The notes under the pieces were generated by a model. The model had not been told where the DNA came from. It saw only the letters and a list, made by a program, of their open reading frames with translations, and made no database searches. Both the position numbers and the translations under genes were made by a program. A stretch of DNA of 64,000 nt from contig OX597823.1 in assembly GCA_951406725.2 (NCBI GenBank), positions 45,074,001 through 45,138,000 of the forward strand, read 5' to 3'. The stretch comes from Octopus vulgaris (taxonomy: Eukaryota). Below, one piece after another: positions 1 to 13,425 of the stretch. Numbering within the stretch: the first letter of the stretch is position 1; each line of letters opens with the position of its first letter.

Positions 1-190
1 CAAACATACATATATATATATATATATTTATATACATATATACGACAGGCTTCTTTCAGTTTCCGTCTACCAAATCCACTCACAAGGCATTGGTCGGCCC
101 GGGGCTATAGCAGAAGACACTTGCCCAAGATGCCACGCAGTGGGACTGAACCCGGAACCATGCTACTTACCACACAGCCACTCCTGCGCC
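1..190 (-). mobile_element. tRNA-derived SINE family A, 5' half (runs off window start)
   Basis: Reverse complement gives GGCGCAGGAGTGGCTGTGTGGTAAG (A box) and GGTTCAGTCCC (B box-like), then CTTGGGCAAGTGTC; near-identical to many copies in window. Confidence 0.85.
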
Positions 191-237
191 TTTTAATAAA
201 TAAAATTAAATTAAAAAATAAAGTATACTACTTTTAT

Positions 238-720
238 TAAGGCAGTGAAAGTTGGTGAGCTGGCAGAACTGTTAGCATGCTGGGGGAAATGCTGAGTGGC
301 ATTTTGACTGTCTTTATGTTCTAAGTTCAAATTCCCTTGAGGCTGACTTTGCCTTTCATCCTTTTGGGGTTGATAAATTAAATGTGGATTCAAAATAAAG
401 GCACCTACCTTCTCTTCGCTCAGACGGAGACCCTTCAACGGTAATGGATCCTTCAACACAGCCTGACCCGAACACTAGAAATAGCAGCTGCTTCTCCCAA
501 CCTTAACAACGTGCTGACCCGTCTTACTCGCTCGGCGACCTCGATCGAAAAGACAGAATTCTGCCCTCCCTGCGCGCGCGTCACTGTTACCCCTTCCGGT
601 CAGCTCCCCAGCTGCTGACGTCATCCCACATTAAATACATGTGAAACACTATGGTTGATATAATCAATTAGTCCCCTACCCCCAAATTTCAGGCCTTGTG
701 CCATTTGTAGAAAGGATTGT
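238..720 (+). mobile_element. tRNA-derived SINE family B variant, interrupted by insertion at 383-630
   Basis: GAGCTGGCAGAA head, GTTCAAATTCC B box, GCCTTTCATCCTTTTGGGGTTGATAAATTAA core; sequence resumes after 630 and ends in CCCCAAATTTCAGGCCTTGTGCC. Confidence 0.75.
383..630. mobile_element. Probable solo LTR, 248 bp
   Basis: Termini TGTGG...CCACA, 5-bp duplication TTAAA (378-382, 631-635), splits a SINE, CpG-rich relative to flanks. Confidence 0.7.
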
Positions 721-1818
721 TGACATAGGATGAGAAATGAGACCTGTCAAATGATAGATAAACTGTGAGGTATCAAAAGTTAGCCAACTGCTTGTATATA
801 ACCATGTGGATATATATATTTGTGTGTGCATGGCTAGTGACATGTGTTTTATTTGAGAAAGGCCTGGAAAAAGCCTCATCTCCACAACTTTTAAAATGGT
901 AGTAGCAGATCAGTGGAGGTAAGTGACAAAGGTGACACCCCCATCATGCTGGACTAAGAGTTATGATGTCAGACAAACATTTAGCATGAAATTTTATGGC
1001 CTAGGCTATACATTAAGTTAGATGGCACTGCAAAGGATCCCTTTTTGCCATTTTGACCATCTCTGACATTCTTAGGCAAGATCAATTGTCTTGACTTTGT
1101 TTTGCCACTGGACATTTTTTTTAAGAATAAGTGAAGTGAGTTTTATGTGTGCAAAGTTCTTTTCCGCTGTAAAAATAAACAAAATATAAGTAAAAAAAGA
1201 AAAGAAACAAAAAAAGAACTCGTCCTAGTCTGGCATCTTCCTCTGCAGTTGCTAAGTCATCATCAAATTAAATGGTTGAGCTATCATTTTTGGCTCTACT
1301 GTGTGTACACTGTTATTAAAATAGATGAACTAGAATTAAAACGCACCAGCTGCACAAAACAATTTCAAATTAGCATAAATATTCATGAAGAAAATGAAGA
1401 GATGAGTTTAAGAAATCAGACAAGAACTATACAATATAGACAAAATATATTGATTTTTATAATCGATATCAGACCTCACATTTGAAGGGAAGGAACAGTT
1501 GATTATAACAACCTTTGTATTTAAGAGATGAAAGGACAAAGTTGACTCTAACAGAGTTTGGACTCAATATATGAAGGAGCAACTTTCCACTGATTACTCA
1601 TATACAATATTTTTCTCTGTTTATGTTTTATCTAAATGAAAGTCTATTTCTAATTACTTTCTACACTTGCAGCCTCCCTGTTTATCTGTCTGAAGTCAAA
1701 AGACACTCTCTTTGTTTATAATCCATATATCTCTGTGATTCTTGTTCTAGTCTTATGTCTCTGAACTGAGTGTTTTCAGTTTTAAAATTTGGCTTTGCTT
1801 TGTTTTCATCCTAGTAAC

Positions 1819-2229
1819 TTTTACTCTTTTACTTGTTTCAGTCATTTTGCCTGCGGCCATGCTGGCGCACCACCTTTAGTCAAAGGAATCGACCCCCAAG
1901 ACTTATTCTTTGTAAGCCTAGTACTTATTCTATCGATCTCTTTTGCTGAACCGTTAAGTTACGGGGACGTAAATACACCAGCATCGGTTGTCAAGCGATG
2001 TTGGGGGGACAAACACAGACACACAAACATATACATACACATACATAAATATATATATATACATATATACGATGGGCTTCTTTCAGTTTCTTTTGACCAA
2101 ATCCACTCACAAAGCTTCGGTCAGCCTGAGGCTATAGTAGAAGACACTTACTCAAGGTGCCACACAGTGGGACAGAACCCAGAACTATGTGGTTGGTAAG
2201 CAAGCTACTTACCATACAGCCACTCCTGC
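1819..2229 (-). mobile_element. SINE family A, full length
   Basis: tRNA-like head, internal (TA/TG)n, tail ending CAAGTAAAAGAGTAAA on minus strand. Confidence 0.9.
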
Positions 2230-2476
2230 AAATGAACAAAGACCAACTTTTTCCATGAGCCAAACTCAAAATCTTAATGATTTCAGATTAAAAGCTGGTT
2301 GATTTTGAGGAAATCATTTTATTCAGGTCTATTTTTTGTTCTTTCCATTAATTATTGTATTCATCCTTAACGATCATTATGTGTGTTTGTGTGTGTGGTG
2401 TGGTGGTGGTGGTGGTGTATGTGTATGTGTGTGTGTGTGAAAGAAAAGAAATTGAAAATGCACTTTAAGAAAATTA

Positions 2477-2629
2477 AGGCTGTGTGGTAAGTATCTTGCT
2501 TATGAACCACATGGTTCCAGGTTCAGTCCCACTGCATGGCACCTTGGGCAAGTGTCTTCTACTATAGCCTCGGGCCGACCAAAGCCTTGTGAGTGGATTT
2601 GGTAGACAGAAACTGAAAAGAGCCTGTCG

Positions 2630-2664
<35 letters not shown>

Positions 2665-2886
2665 TTGTGTATATGTTTGCGTGTCTGTGTTTGTCCACTC
2701 AACATCACTTGACAACCGATGCTGGTGTGTTTATATTCCCATAACTTAGCGGTTTGGCAAAAAAGACCGATAGAATAAGTACTAGGCTTACAAAGAATAA
2801 GTCCTGATGTCGATTTGCTCGACTAAAGGTGGTGCTCCAGCATGGCCACAGTCAAATGACTGAAACAAGTAAAAGAGTAAAGAGTA
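2477..2886 (+). mobile_element. SINE family A, full length
   Basis: GGCTGTGTGGTAAG...GGTTCAGTCCCAC...internal (TA)n...ACAAGTAAAAGAGTAAAGAG. Confidence 0.9.
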
Positions 2887-3209
2887 ATTACTTGACCAGT
2901 TTCACAATTTTCGTGATTTTTCAAAAGTACTGAAATATGTAGAGTCTAGTGGCTATGCTATATTTGTCTGGACTAAATGTTTTGTAGTTGTCCATCACAG
3001 ATTATTTGTGTGACAATTCTTCATATTTGGTTCTTAATACTATCGGTCAAAGTCAGCTATCTGAGTTTATGCTTGACTACTTTTTGTACCTTTGTTTGGT
3101 TCTGGTGGTTTTAGTGTAGTTAGGGCTGGATAAATTTGATTGGTTTGTACCCTTGTGACATTGGGAAATGTATTTAGGGATGTGAATACATTGATTATTT
3201 TTGTTGATA

Positions 3210-3335
3210 TTAATCTTTTAGCATTCAGATTCCTCTGATAAATGTAATATTTATTTATTCAATTATGCATTGTCTTGTGGCTTTCATATTTCGATGATGT
3301 GGTTGTTTATTTTTAGAATAACATTGTAGTGTAAA
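3210..3335 (+). mobile_element. Partial piggyBac-type MITE
   Basis: TTAATCTTTTAGCATTCAGATT matches the left end of the copy at 49256. Confidence 0.5.
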
Positions 3336-3423
3336 TTTGTTGCCTATAAATGGTGAGTCTAGTTCTCAATGTAAGTGTCATTTGTAGAAAAAGAATTATT
3401 TTCTGGCGTGTATATATTTGTGA

Positions 3424-3450
<27 letters not shown>

Positions 3451-3458
<8 letters not shown>

Positions 3459-3571
3459 AATATGTTTTATCTTGACTATCGAGTAATGTAACATATTATT
3501 GTATAGATAAATTTCCTCTATTTACATAATATTGAGGTCTCTTTCTTTCTTTTGTTATCTTACCGTTTTAC
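3451..3571. mobile_element. Penelope-like terminal fragment with 16-bp inverted repeat
   Basis: TATACAATAATATGTT (3451) / AACATATTATTGTATA (3490); 3505-3545 matches 10945-10985 in reverse complement. Confidence 0.45.
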
Positions 3572-3749
3572 CATCATCATCATCATCATCATCATCATCA
3601 TTTAACGTCCGCTTTCCATGCTAGCATGGGTTGGACGGTTCAACTGGGGTCTGGGGAGCCCGAAAGCTGCACCAGTCCAGTCAGATCTGGCAGTGTTTCT
3701 ACAGCTGGATACCCTTCCTAACGCCAACCACTCCGAGAGTGTAGTGGGT

Positions 3750-5790
3750 GATTTTATGTGCCACCGACACAGGTGCCAGACGAGGCTGGCAAACGGCCAC
3801 GCTCGGATGGTGTTTTTTATGTGCCACCGACACAGGTGCCAGACGAGGCTGGCAGACGGCCACGCTCGGATGGTGTTTTTATGTGCCACCGACACAGGTG
3901 CCAGATGAGGCTGGCAAACGGCCACGATCGGATGGTGTTTGTTACGTGCCCACAGCACGGAGGCCAGTCGATGCGGTACTGGCTACGGCCACGTTCGGAT
4001 GGTTTTCTTGTGTGCCACGTGCCACCGGCACTGGTACCACAAAGATACAAATTCCATTGATGTTCATCTATTTTGATTTGTTTTGATTTTCACTTGCCTC
4101 AACAGGTCTTCACAAGTGTCACAAGAAGGAAGGTATGCACAGGTGGACTGACTACGTCCCAGGTAGGGGCCACAGGTTATGGCCTGACTAGTCTTGCCGG
4201 GTCTTCGGATGGTGTTTTTATGTGCCACCGACACAGGTGCCAGATGAGGCTGGCGAACGGCCACGATCGGATGGTGTTTGTTACGTGCCCACAGCACGGA
4301 GGCCAGTCGGTGCGGTACTGGCTATGGCCACGTTCGGATGGTTTTCTTGTGTGCCACCGGCACTGGTACCACAAAGATACAATTCCATTAATGTTCATCT
4401 ATTTTGATTTGTTTTGATTTGATTTGATTTGATTTCATTTTGATTTGATTTGTTTTGATTTCATTTTGATTTTCACTTGCCTCAACAGGCCTTCACAAGT
4501 GTCACAAGAAGGAAGGTATGCACAGGTGGACTGACTACGTCCCAGGTAGGGGCCATGGGTTATGGCCTGACTAGTCTTGCCGGGTCTTCGGATGGTGTTT
4601 TTATGTGCCACCGACACAGGTGCTAGATGAGGCTGGCGAACGGCCACGATCAGATGGTGTTTGTCATGTGCCCACAGCACGGAGGCCAGTCGATGCGGTA
4701 CTGGCTACGGCCACTTTCGGATGGTTTTTCTTGTGTGCCACCGGCACTGGTACCACAAAGATACAAATTCCATTGATGTTCATCTATTTTGATTTGTTTT
4801 GATTTGATTTTGATTTTCACTTGCCTCAACAGGCCTTCACAAGTATCACAAGAAGGAAGGTATGCACAAGTGGACTGACTAGTCTTGCCGGGTTCGATGC
4901 GGTACTGGCTACGGCCACTTTCGGATGGTTTTCTCTTGTGTGCCAGCTACCCAAAGATACAAATTCCATTGATGTTCATCTATTTTGATTTGTTTTGATT
5001 TGATTTTGATTTTCACTTGCCTCAACAGGCCTTCACAAGTATCACAAGGAGGAAGGTATGCACAGGTGGACTGACTACGTCCCAGGTAGGGGCCATGGGT
5101 TATGGCCTGACTAGTCTTGCCGGGTCTTCGGATGGTGTTTTTATGTGCCACCGACACAGGTGCTAGATGAGGCTGGCGAACGGCCACGATCGGATGGTGT
5201 TTGTTATGTGCCCACAGCACGATGGCCAGTGATGCGGTACTGACTACGGCCACGTTCGGATGGATTCTTGTGTGCCACCGGCACTGGTACCACAAGCGGT
5301 ACTGACTACGGCCACGTTCGGATGGATTCTTGTGTGCCACCGGCACTGGTACCACAAAGATACAAATTCCATTGATGTTCATCTATTTTGATTTGTTTTG
5401 ATTTTCACTTGCCTCAACAGGTCTTCACAAGTGTCACAAGAAGGAAGGTATGTACAGGTGGACTGACTACATCCCAGGTAGGGGCCACGGGTTATGACCT
5501 GACTAGTCTTGCCGGGTCTTCGGATGGTGTTTTTATGTGCCACCATGTTCCCACAGCACGGAGGCCAGTCGATGCGGTACTGGCTACGGCCACGTTCGGA
5601 TGGTTTTCTTGTGTGCCACAGGCACTGGTACCACAAAGATACAAATTCCATTGATGTTCATCTATTTTGATTGATTTTCACTTGCCTCAGCAGGTCTTCA
5701 CAAGTGTCACAAGAAGGAAGGTATGCCCAGGTGGATCGACTACGTCCCAGGTAGGGGCCACGGGATATGGCCTGACTAGTCCTGCCGGGT
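3750..5790. repeat. Complex tandem array: three ~61-bp units plus about six 230-390-bp higher-order units
   Basis: Marker AAAGATACAA(A)TTCCATT recurs near 4041, 4373, 4757, 4953, 5356 and 5636. Confidence 0.9.
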
Positions 5791-6103
5791 CCTCTCATGC
5801 ACAGCACACTTCCATAGGACTCGGTCTTCAGTCATTTCCTTGGTGAGACCTAAAGTTCGAAGGTCGTGCTTCACCACCTCGTCCCAGGTTTTCCTGGGTC
5901 TACCTCTTCCACAGGTTCCCTCAACTGCTAGGGTGTAGCACTTTTGCACACAACTATCTTCAGCCACTCTCGTCACATGACCATACCAGCGCAGCCGTCT
6001 CTCTTGCACACCACAACTGACACTTCTTAGGTTCAACTTTTCTCTCAAAGTACTTACACTCTGACGATTATGAACACTGACATTACACATCCATCGGAGC
6101 ATA

Positions 6104-6105
<2 letters not shown>
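5776..6105 (-). pseudogene. RTE LINE ORF C-terminal fragment (post-RT region)
   Basis: SMLRWMC...ERRLRWYGHVTR...GRGRPRKTWDEVVKHDL...EDRVLW are typical RTE C-terminal motifs; the upstream part of ORF 5776..6243 is microsatellite. Confidence 0.9.
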
Positions 6106-6145
<40 letters not shown>

Positions 6146-6459
6146 TATACTAATACATGATTATATAATAATTGTATTAAAGGGTGTGGATAAACCCTAC
6201 CAACAAGCTTGAAATAGATGCCAAATGGCTCTAAATACCACATCTACACTCTGTTTGTATGGGCTGAAAGTGAGCAGATGAATAAATAAGATTTTTTAAA
6301 AAGGATTAATTATAGATCAATTTCTAGTGTGTTGGTGGGGTTTATCTGCACCCTTTAATATAATTATGTTTAATATAATTATATATTAGTATAAATTTTT
6401 ACCTATATGGTTTTATCCTTAATTATGTATACACACATGCACACACACACACATGTATG

Positions 6460-6500
<41 letters not shown>

Positions 6501-6833
6501 ATGTGTTTGTACACACATACACACACTCATACATAATTCTTATAACTATTCGCTTTATATAGTTATATTGTTGTTGTTTAGCTCCAGATCAACCTTATTA
6601 CAGCAAATCTATGATCAAAGGCAATCCATCCATGACTCTCTAGTCTTTTTTATTGGTATATAGAAATACATTATCTAACGTCTTTCCTTGTTTAAAATAG
6701 TGCTACGTGAATTGATAGTAATTTGCCCACTATTTTTAGCTGGTCAAATAATCATATAATAGCTTCTTCATTGGCTTGAAAAAGTAGTTATAAATTTCCA
6801 TGGCACATTTTCAATGTTTTGATGCAATCCATG

Positions 6834-6872
<39 letters not shown>

Positions 6873-7804
6873 TTACATTATAACAGCAATGTGTATATAA
6901 ACATGTATGGATGCCTTGATGTTTTTGAGCAAATTTATGTTAGTTAATGCAAATTACTTAGCAAACATTTTCTCTTTGTTTTCATTTTTATTTCCTATTT
7001 AAAAATATGAATTTTAGATGTTTTCATTTGCTTATTTCCTAGAAGTTTACCTCTAGACAATATTCTATTAAATTATATTCTTTTTACATTTTCTCTCACA
7101 CTTTTTTTTATAAGATATTGAACATTAAAAAATATCCAAAATTTACTGCAGTAAAGAAGGATGAAAATTAGTATTTCAAAGCAGTTAAATTAATTGAAGT
7201 GAAAAGAAAAAAAAAATGCAAAATTCAAACTGTGAGTGATGAGAATAATGATTAGCAGGAAATGTTGGATTGAAATGGAACATGTATCTCCAAAGTTTTT
7301 TCATTAGGAATTCTTTTCCATTGTAATTTTAATGACGCAGAAGATGGGTAAGAATTTAAAATGGAATATTTCTCTGCTGTCTTGTCATGTTCCAGAATAA
7401 CTATTTATTTGCGCAGTAGACAAGTAAAGCACTAGGCTAAACATTTTTTTTTACAACATTGAATGAAATATGTTAAAATATTTGACCAAGTTCAAAAAAT
7501 GAAAAAAAATTGAAAAAAGAATTGCCTTGTAGAATTTTCTTTACAATTTGAATTCAGTTCTATCCAGGTTCAAATCTGTCATTCATCCTCCTTTCAGTTA
7601 TAATGAGATAAATAGCAGTCAGGTACCAGAGTTCATTTAATCAACTACATCTACACCCAAGTGTTTGTGGTTTTTGTGCCTATGCTGAAGATCATTATTA
7701 TTTGGTAGGATCCTTAGAGCAACAGACAAAATACCTGTGAAGCGAAATGTTTCTAACAGGTGGCTATTTAGTTTGTGCACTAAACAGATGCTGTTCTATG
7801 TTGT

Positions 7805-7975
7805 TAGTGGGGTAGCTAGATGGTGTGTCACCTGGGTAGACCTTTCAGTTAGCTGCTCATTGCCCCCAACCCCACTTCCTGTACAAGCTTATACAGCAGA
7901 CTCAAAAGTTCCATCCCCATAAAAACATCATCAATAATGGACCCTTTCTGCACCCTATTCCTAATTATGCTACTT
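7805..7975. mobile_element. hAT-type MITE (old)
   Basis: Decayed TIRs TAGTGGGGTAGCTAG / CTAATTATGCTACTT; 8-bp flanks TATGTTGT / TATGTTGC. Confidence 0.55.
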
Positions 7976-9764
7976 TATGTTGCACTGATTTAGCCTCTGA
8001 AAACAGAACTGAAGCCAGCTGTCCTTATGATGGCTACCAGTTAGTAATGCTTGAAGTCTGTTAGAAGCTTTATATTGATCTAAATTGCATCCCACCAAAG
8101 TTAGATATTTTCCTGATCCTCTTAGTGAGGTACACAAATTTGCTAGAGAATGCACAAGTTTGTGTGAATCCAGCAACACTTTGAACATAAAGTATCAATC
8201 CCTTGGCAAAGTCCCTACCAAAATCTTTTGTTCTGTATTTTGCTGAGATAAAAAAGGTTAATAGATATAATCCTAATCATTGTGATGATCATCCTATGAT
8301 GAAAATTATGATATTGTGTAGTCAAGATCAGCAATATTCAAGTAGACCTATGATCTATTGCCTTAAGGAGTTGTAATTGTTGATTTAGTGAATGAAAATA
8401 GATTTTATCAGCTGTAATGGATAATTGAAGCAAAACCCATAAACGTTTAACTATAATGTTTATTGTTTTGCACATAATGACAAACTGAATTAGCCATTTA
8501 CAGTTAACAACAGCAATAATTACAGACAAGGGATAGGAAACCAGACTGCTTATGAGACATTGTGTTCAAAGAAGTTACTTAAGAGACATTGTGTGAGTGT
8601 TAGTTCACTCTAGCCAAGATCCTGGATTTGTCTGTGCAAATGTCTGGAACCATTGCATGGCAAGAATAGAAACACATGTTGCTCGGCAGCTTCAACTTTC
8701 TGGATAAATTTTTGGTGTCAAAAGCAGGCTTTTATAGGGTACCAGAAGGATATTCTAGTAAATTAAGACATGTGGTGGCTTGATGCTAATTGTTTGCTTA
8801 ATAAAGTAATCATGTGCAACTATTGTGGTTTGGTTAGTGCTTGACCATGTAACCAATGGTTCAGTTTCAAATCACTGCTACGAACTATTCAGCTCTGATC
8901 ATTCCATCTTTTTCAACTACAGTGTATCTATGACTACATTATCAAATGCATCCTTTTTATGATGAAAGAGTGTGATGTGAAGGAGATTTGGATGATATTT
9001 CTAGCTGGCAGAGAACCCATGTAGAAATCTCTTTTCTCTTGATTAGGTTTATGACGATGTTGCTCTGGATAAGAATAACAATGAAGATAATAATAGTCCT
9101 GGGAGCCATGGAGATCAGGATCATTGTCGTAATATTATGATGATGATGATGATGAAAATGATGATGACAATGATAATGACAATGATGATGACAATGATGC
9201 TGATAATAATGATGTCGATGATGATGATGATATGGTAATGATGAAGATGACAAGGTGAATAGAGAATTATTCACAATAGAATATCATCATCCATTTGCAT
9301 ACCATTTATTTATCAATGCATATACTAAAACTGCATTTTAGTGAAATGCAATCTTAAATGTGCAGCAACATCCTGACATGATGCTTAGTTTGAAGTGGAT
9401 GAAAAGCTTAGGATAGAAAGGTCAGAGGTCATTTTCTTGGATTTTTATTTTTATTTTTGTTTACTTCATGCTTGAATAACACAGAACAGTATCATGAAAG
9501 CATGAACGAATCTCTACATTTGATGAATCAATAAACTGGAAGAATGCAGCATTTGCCAATTGTGGGTTCATCAAAGCATCCTGTCTTCTTTCTTATTTTT
9601 CATCTTTTCCTTGTTGTTGTTCTTGCTGTTGTTGCCATTTTTGATGTTGCTGATGTTATATTTTGTCATTCGCTTCATTCTTCATTCTTCATTCTTATTA
9701 ATTCTGTTTATTTTCTTTGTACATGTGTGCCTTTGTGCATGCATGAATATGCATATAAATATAT

Positions 9765-10150
9765 ATGACCCTATCTATCAGAAGATGCATGCACATACAT
9801 ATACATATATGCATACATATATTTATATACATATATTTATATACATATATACACATACATATGTACATAGACACATACATACATACATACATGCATTCAT
9901 ACATACATACATACATACATATACACACACACACTCACACATGTACACACACACAAGCATAATATAATATATATATATATACATGATATATATATATAAT
10001 ATGTATATATATGTGTATATATATATACACACATACACACACACGTATACATAAACACACAGACAAGCATACACGCTCACACACATGCACTCATGCACAC
10101 ATGCACACACACACAAACGCATGCATGCACACACATATGCATACATATAA
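9765..10150. repeat. Compound (CA)/(TA)/(CATA)n microsatellite
   Basis: Directly visible. Confidence 0.9.
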
Positions 10151-10355
10151 TATTTCAGAAATATATTCAAACAGTAAATATTTCAAACGAAAAGCAGGCT
10201 CAGATTACCAGTTGAGTGATCAGTAACATGTAACTCACAGTGCCGGAATTAGGAGCCTTTCAGTTATAATATATTAAAGAATACTCTATGCTTATGTATT
10301 GAATCTTGTAACTTAATCCTTCTTGTGAATCAAGACAAGATAATATATATATATA

Positions 10356-10461
<106 letters not shown>

Positions 10462-10528
10462 GATATATATATATAGTTTATCATATATCGGAAAAAGATG
10501 CACACTCTAAAGTATTGAGGAGTAATGT

Positions 10529-10749
10529 ATTTATATGCAGTTTAGTATATGTCTGATCATAGAGTGACCGATGGATTCTCATCCATAAAGGGCTTAGCCC
10601 CATGGACGACTCGCCAAATTCTAAAGCTGAAAGCATATTATTCTTCAACTCTTTTCTAAGAATTATATGCCAAATAATTCTTAGAATCATCCATGGATGT
10701 GAAACCATTGGTCACTCTATGACTGACATATACTTAAGTGCATATAAAT
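10529..10749. mobile_element. Fold-back element (Penelope-like terminus) with degenerate hammerhead-like motif
   Basis: About 58-bp inverted arms, inner hairpin TTCTAAGAATTAT / ATAATTCTTAGAA, and GAAACCATTGGTC motif. Confidence 0.55.
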
Positions 10750-10919
10750 TTATATATATATATAGGTGCAGGCATAGCTGTGTGGTAAGAAGCTTGCTTC
10801 CGAACCACATGGTTCTGGGTTCAGTCCCATTGAGTGGGACTTAGGTCAACCAAAGCTTTGTGAGTGGATTTGGTAGACAGAAGCTGAAAGAAGCCCAATG
10901 TGTATATATATATTAATAA

Positions 10920-11195
10920 TAATAATATGACAACAAAAGAATAAATGAGGCCTCGATATTATGTAAATAGAGGAATTTATCTATAGTATCCTTAAACAAG
11001 AATGTTGTTGACAGTGACTTTAAAGTTTCAGCCATTGTTGGATGATGGCTTAGCTGGTGAAAACTTCAAAGTCACTGTCAACAACATTCTTGTATAAGAA
11101 TAATAAATTTGCACTCTACAAAAGTATGGAGTAACCTATCAGATTAATGTAAAATTGTTTTTATTATAACTGAACATAAAAACAAACATTTATAT
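10920..11195. mobile_element. Penelope-like terminal fragment with inverted repeat 10996-11093
   Basis: ACAAGAATGTTGTTGACAGTGACTTT / AAAGTCACTGTCAACAACATTCTTGT; shares sequence with 3505-3545. Confidence 0.5.
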
Positions 11196-11199
11196 ATAA

Positions 11200-11640
11200 T
11201 CATCATCATCATCATCACTTAGCATCTGCCTTCCATGCTGGCATGGGTTGGGTGGTTTGACAGGAGCTGGCCAGGTAGAAGACTATCTCAAGCTACTGTG
11301 TCTGTTTTGTCATGGTTTTTATGACTGGATGCCCCTCCTAATGCCAGCCACCCCACAGAGTGGACTGAGTGCTTTTTAGAGACCAGCACAGATGAGGTGG
11401 GTATTGGCATGGTTTTTACAGCTGGATGCCCTTCCAAATGCCAACCACTTCATAGTATGGACTGGATTCTTTTTATGTGGCACCAGCACTGGTAGGGTCA
11501 CCATGTAACTTTCAAGACCAAGAATTTTGAGATGGGAGGGGACATTAGAGGAGATGATCTTGTGTCAGATGATGACAGATTCGAGTGTGACAGAGAGACA
11601 AAGAGGCAGAAACAGGTGTCTTGCAATACAGGAGGTATAT
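11200..11640 (-). mobile_element. RTE-type 3' UTR/tail fragment with internal duplication
   Basis: (CAT)n, TTCCATGCTGGCATGGGTTGG, two CTGGATGCCC modules. Confidence 0.75.
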
Positions 11641-11724
11641 GGTTACCCGGCCAGAGACAGAGAGGGAGAGAGACTGCGAGAGGAAGAGAGAAAGAGAGAG
11701 GTATCAAGGAAGAAGACAGAAACA

Positions 11725-11757
<33 letters not shown>

Positions 11758-11786
11758 GGAGAGAGAGAAAGAGAGAGAGAGTAAGT

Positions 11787-11822
<36 letters not shown>

Positions 11823-13057
11823 CACAGTGACAGCTCAAGGACATAGATAGAGGTGGGATATTGCAACTGATGAACAACAGTGGGGGTAGAGGAAGGAATG
11901 GCAGATATAAGAGGGTGTTCTAAGGAAATCTCTCACCACTGCTTGAAAACTATTGTTTGTATGTTTACATCCCTGTAACTTAACAATTTAGCAAAAGACA
12001 CAAATTGAATAAGTACCATGCTCAAAAGTAAATAAATAATAGAGTTGGTTCATTTGATTAAAACTTCTTGAAGGTGATGATCCGATATAGACTCAGTCTA
12101 ATGACTAAAGCAGGTAAAAGATAAAAGACATAAAATATATATGTATAAAGCACTCATCCCTCTATCATTTTTCTAATTAAGGCAGTATTCATTCAGCTGA
12201 TGTAATAATATGAAAGCAGAACTGTACATGTATCATCCTCATTTGTGCTACCAGTTATCTCCCACATTGAAATCACTTCCTTTTGTTTTTTTCTATCCAG
12301 CATCTCAACATTATCCCTTGCCACTTTGTTTTTTCTCTCCCAAATCTGCCATCATCTCATATCTGCCATCCATACCTCTATTCCCACTGTTGTTCATCAT
12401 TTGCCATATCTCACCCACCTCTACTTTTGACCTCGATCTGTCACTGTGCATCTCTAACACACACATGCATGTACACATGCACACACACACATACACACAC
12501 ACACACACAACCTTCTCACTTCACATAATCTCCCCATTTCTCATGTATCTACAATTTTATTACACTGTTGCTCTCTGTCACTAATTACCTTCTCTCCCGT
12601 GACACTCATATTTCATTTACCTTTTCTCCCTACGCAAACTGATATTCACCATTGATCACACCACACCACACCTCCATCTACACCCTTAATCATTCACTGC
12701 ATTCACTTCTATTCCCATCCCTAATCATCCGTCACTCCTGTCATACTCTATAAGCTCACCTGTCCTTTTTGATCCTCTGTTCCTATTCTCATTCAGACTC
12801 ACCTGTTTGTACTTTGAGAAAACACCCTAACATTTCATCACCCACATTATTATCTCAGCAAAACACTTATTCCTGTCATCTCCGGCATACCTTAGCCACT
12901 CAGTACCACTTCCCTCTCAACTACATCCCCATTTACTTAAAGGAGTTTGTTTTGTCAGTTACTTGGTAACCTCTCTAGCACTGGATACACAAAAAGTCAC
13001 CCTGTACACTCTGTAAAGGGGTTGGTGTTAGGAAGAGCATCCTCATATATATATATA

Positions 13058-13425
13058 CTAGCAGTATCGCCCGGCGTTGCTCAGGTTTGTAAGGGAAATA
13101 ACTATAAAGCATTTTTAGAAAGTTATAGCCAAAAAATAGCAAAAAAATGATGGTAAATTTTTTTGAGAGTTAAAAAGGTTGAGTTGCGTCCCCTAGACAG
13201 TCTGTGGTTTGTGTTTCTAATTCTCGACCCCATGTCGAATTTATCGATTATTTTCAGAACTGGGGGAACTTTTCAAAATTTTCGCTGCGTTAGTTTTGAA
13301 TTATGACATTGGGCTATGTGTGTGTCAAGTTTCATCAGAATCGGTTGAAAGCCGTGGTCAGGGTGAGGGTACAAGCAAACAGACACACAGAAACATGCAC
13401 AGACAAACTGCCGTTTATATATAGA
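13058..13425 (-). mobile_element. Non-autonomous Helitron
   Basis: Minus strand starts TC(TATATATAAACGG), ends with GC-rich hairpin CCTGAGCAACGCCGGG then CTAG; inserted between A and T, no TSD; internal (ACAG)-like repeat. Confidence 0.8.

Larger units (their letters stand above)
3572..6106 (-). mobile_element. 5'-truncated RTE-clade LINE with tandemly amplified 3' UTR and (GAT)n tail
   Basis: ORF C-terminus at 5776-6105, about 2.2 kb 3' UTR built of repeats, conserved 3' end CATGCTAGCATGGAAAGCGGACGTTAAA(TGA)n. Confidence 0.9.
10765..12130 (+). mobile_element. SINE family A split by nested insertions (head 10765-10900, tail 11935-12130)
   Basis: Head and tail homologous to the intact copy at 2477; interval holds a fold-back element and an RTE tail. 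Confidence 0.6.

Noticed and set aside
1789-2715. Multi-copy small protein family (YDGLLSVSVYQIHSQGFG...)
   Set aside because: Antisense translation of SINE family A
3750-5790. CRISPR array or repeat-protein ORFs (MLWAR..., CHRHRCQ...)
   Set aside because: Inter-repeat sequences are themselves repeated; the ORFs are incidental frames of a LINE 3' UTR
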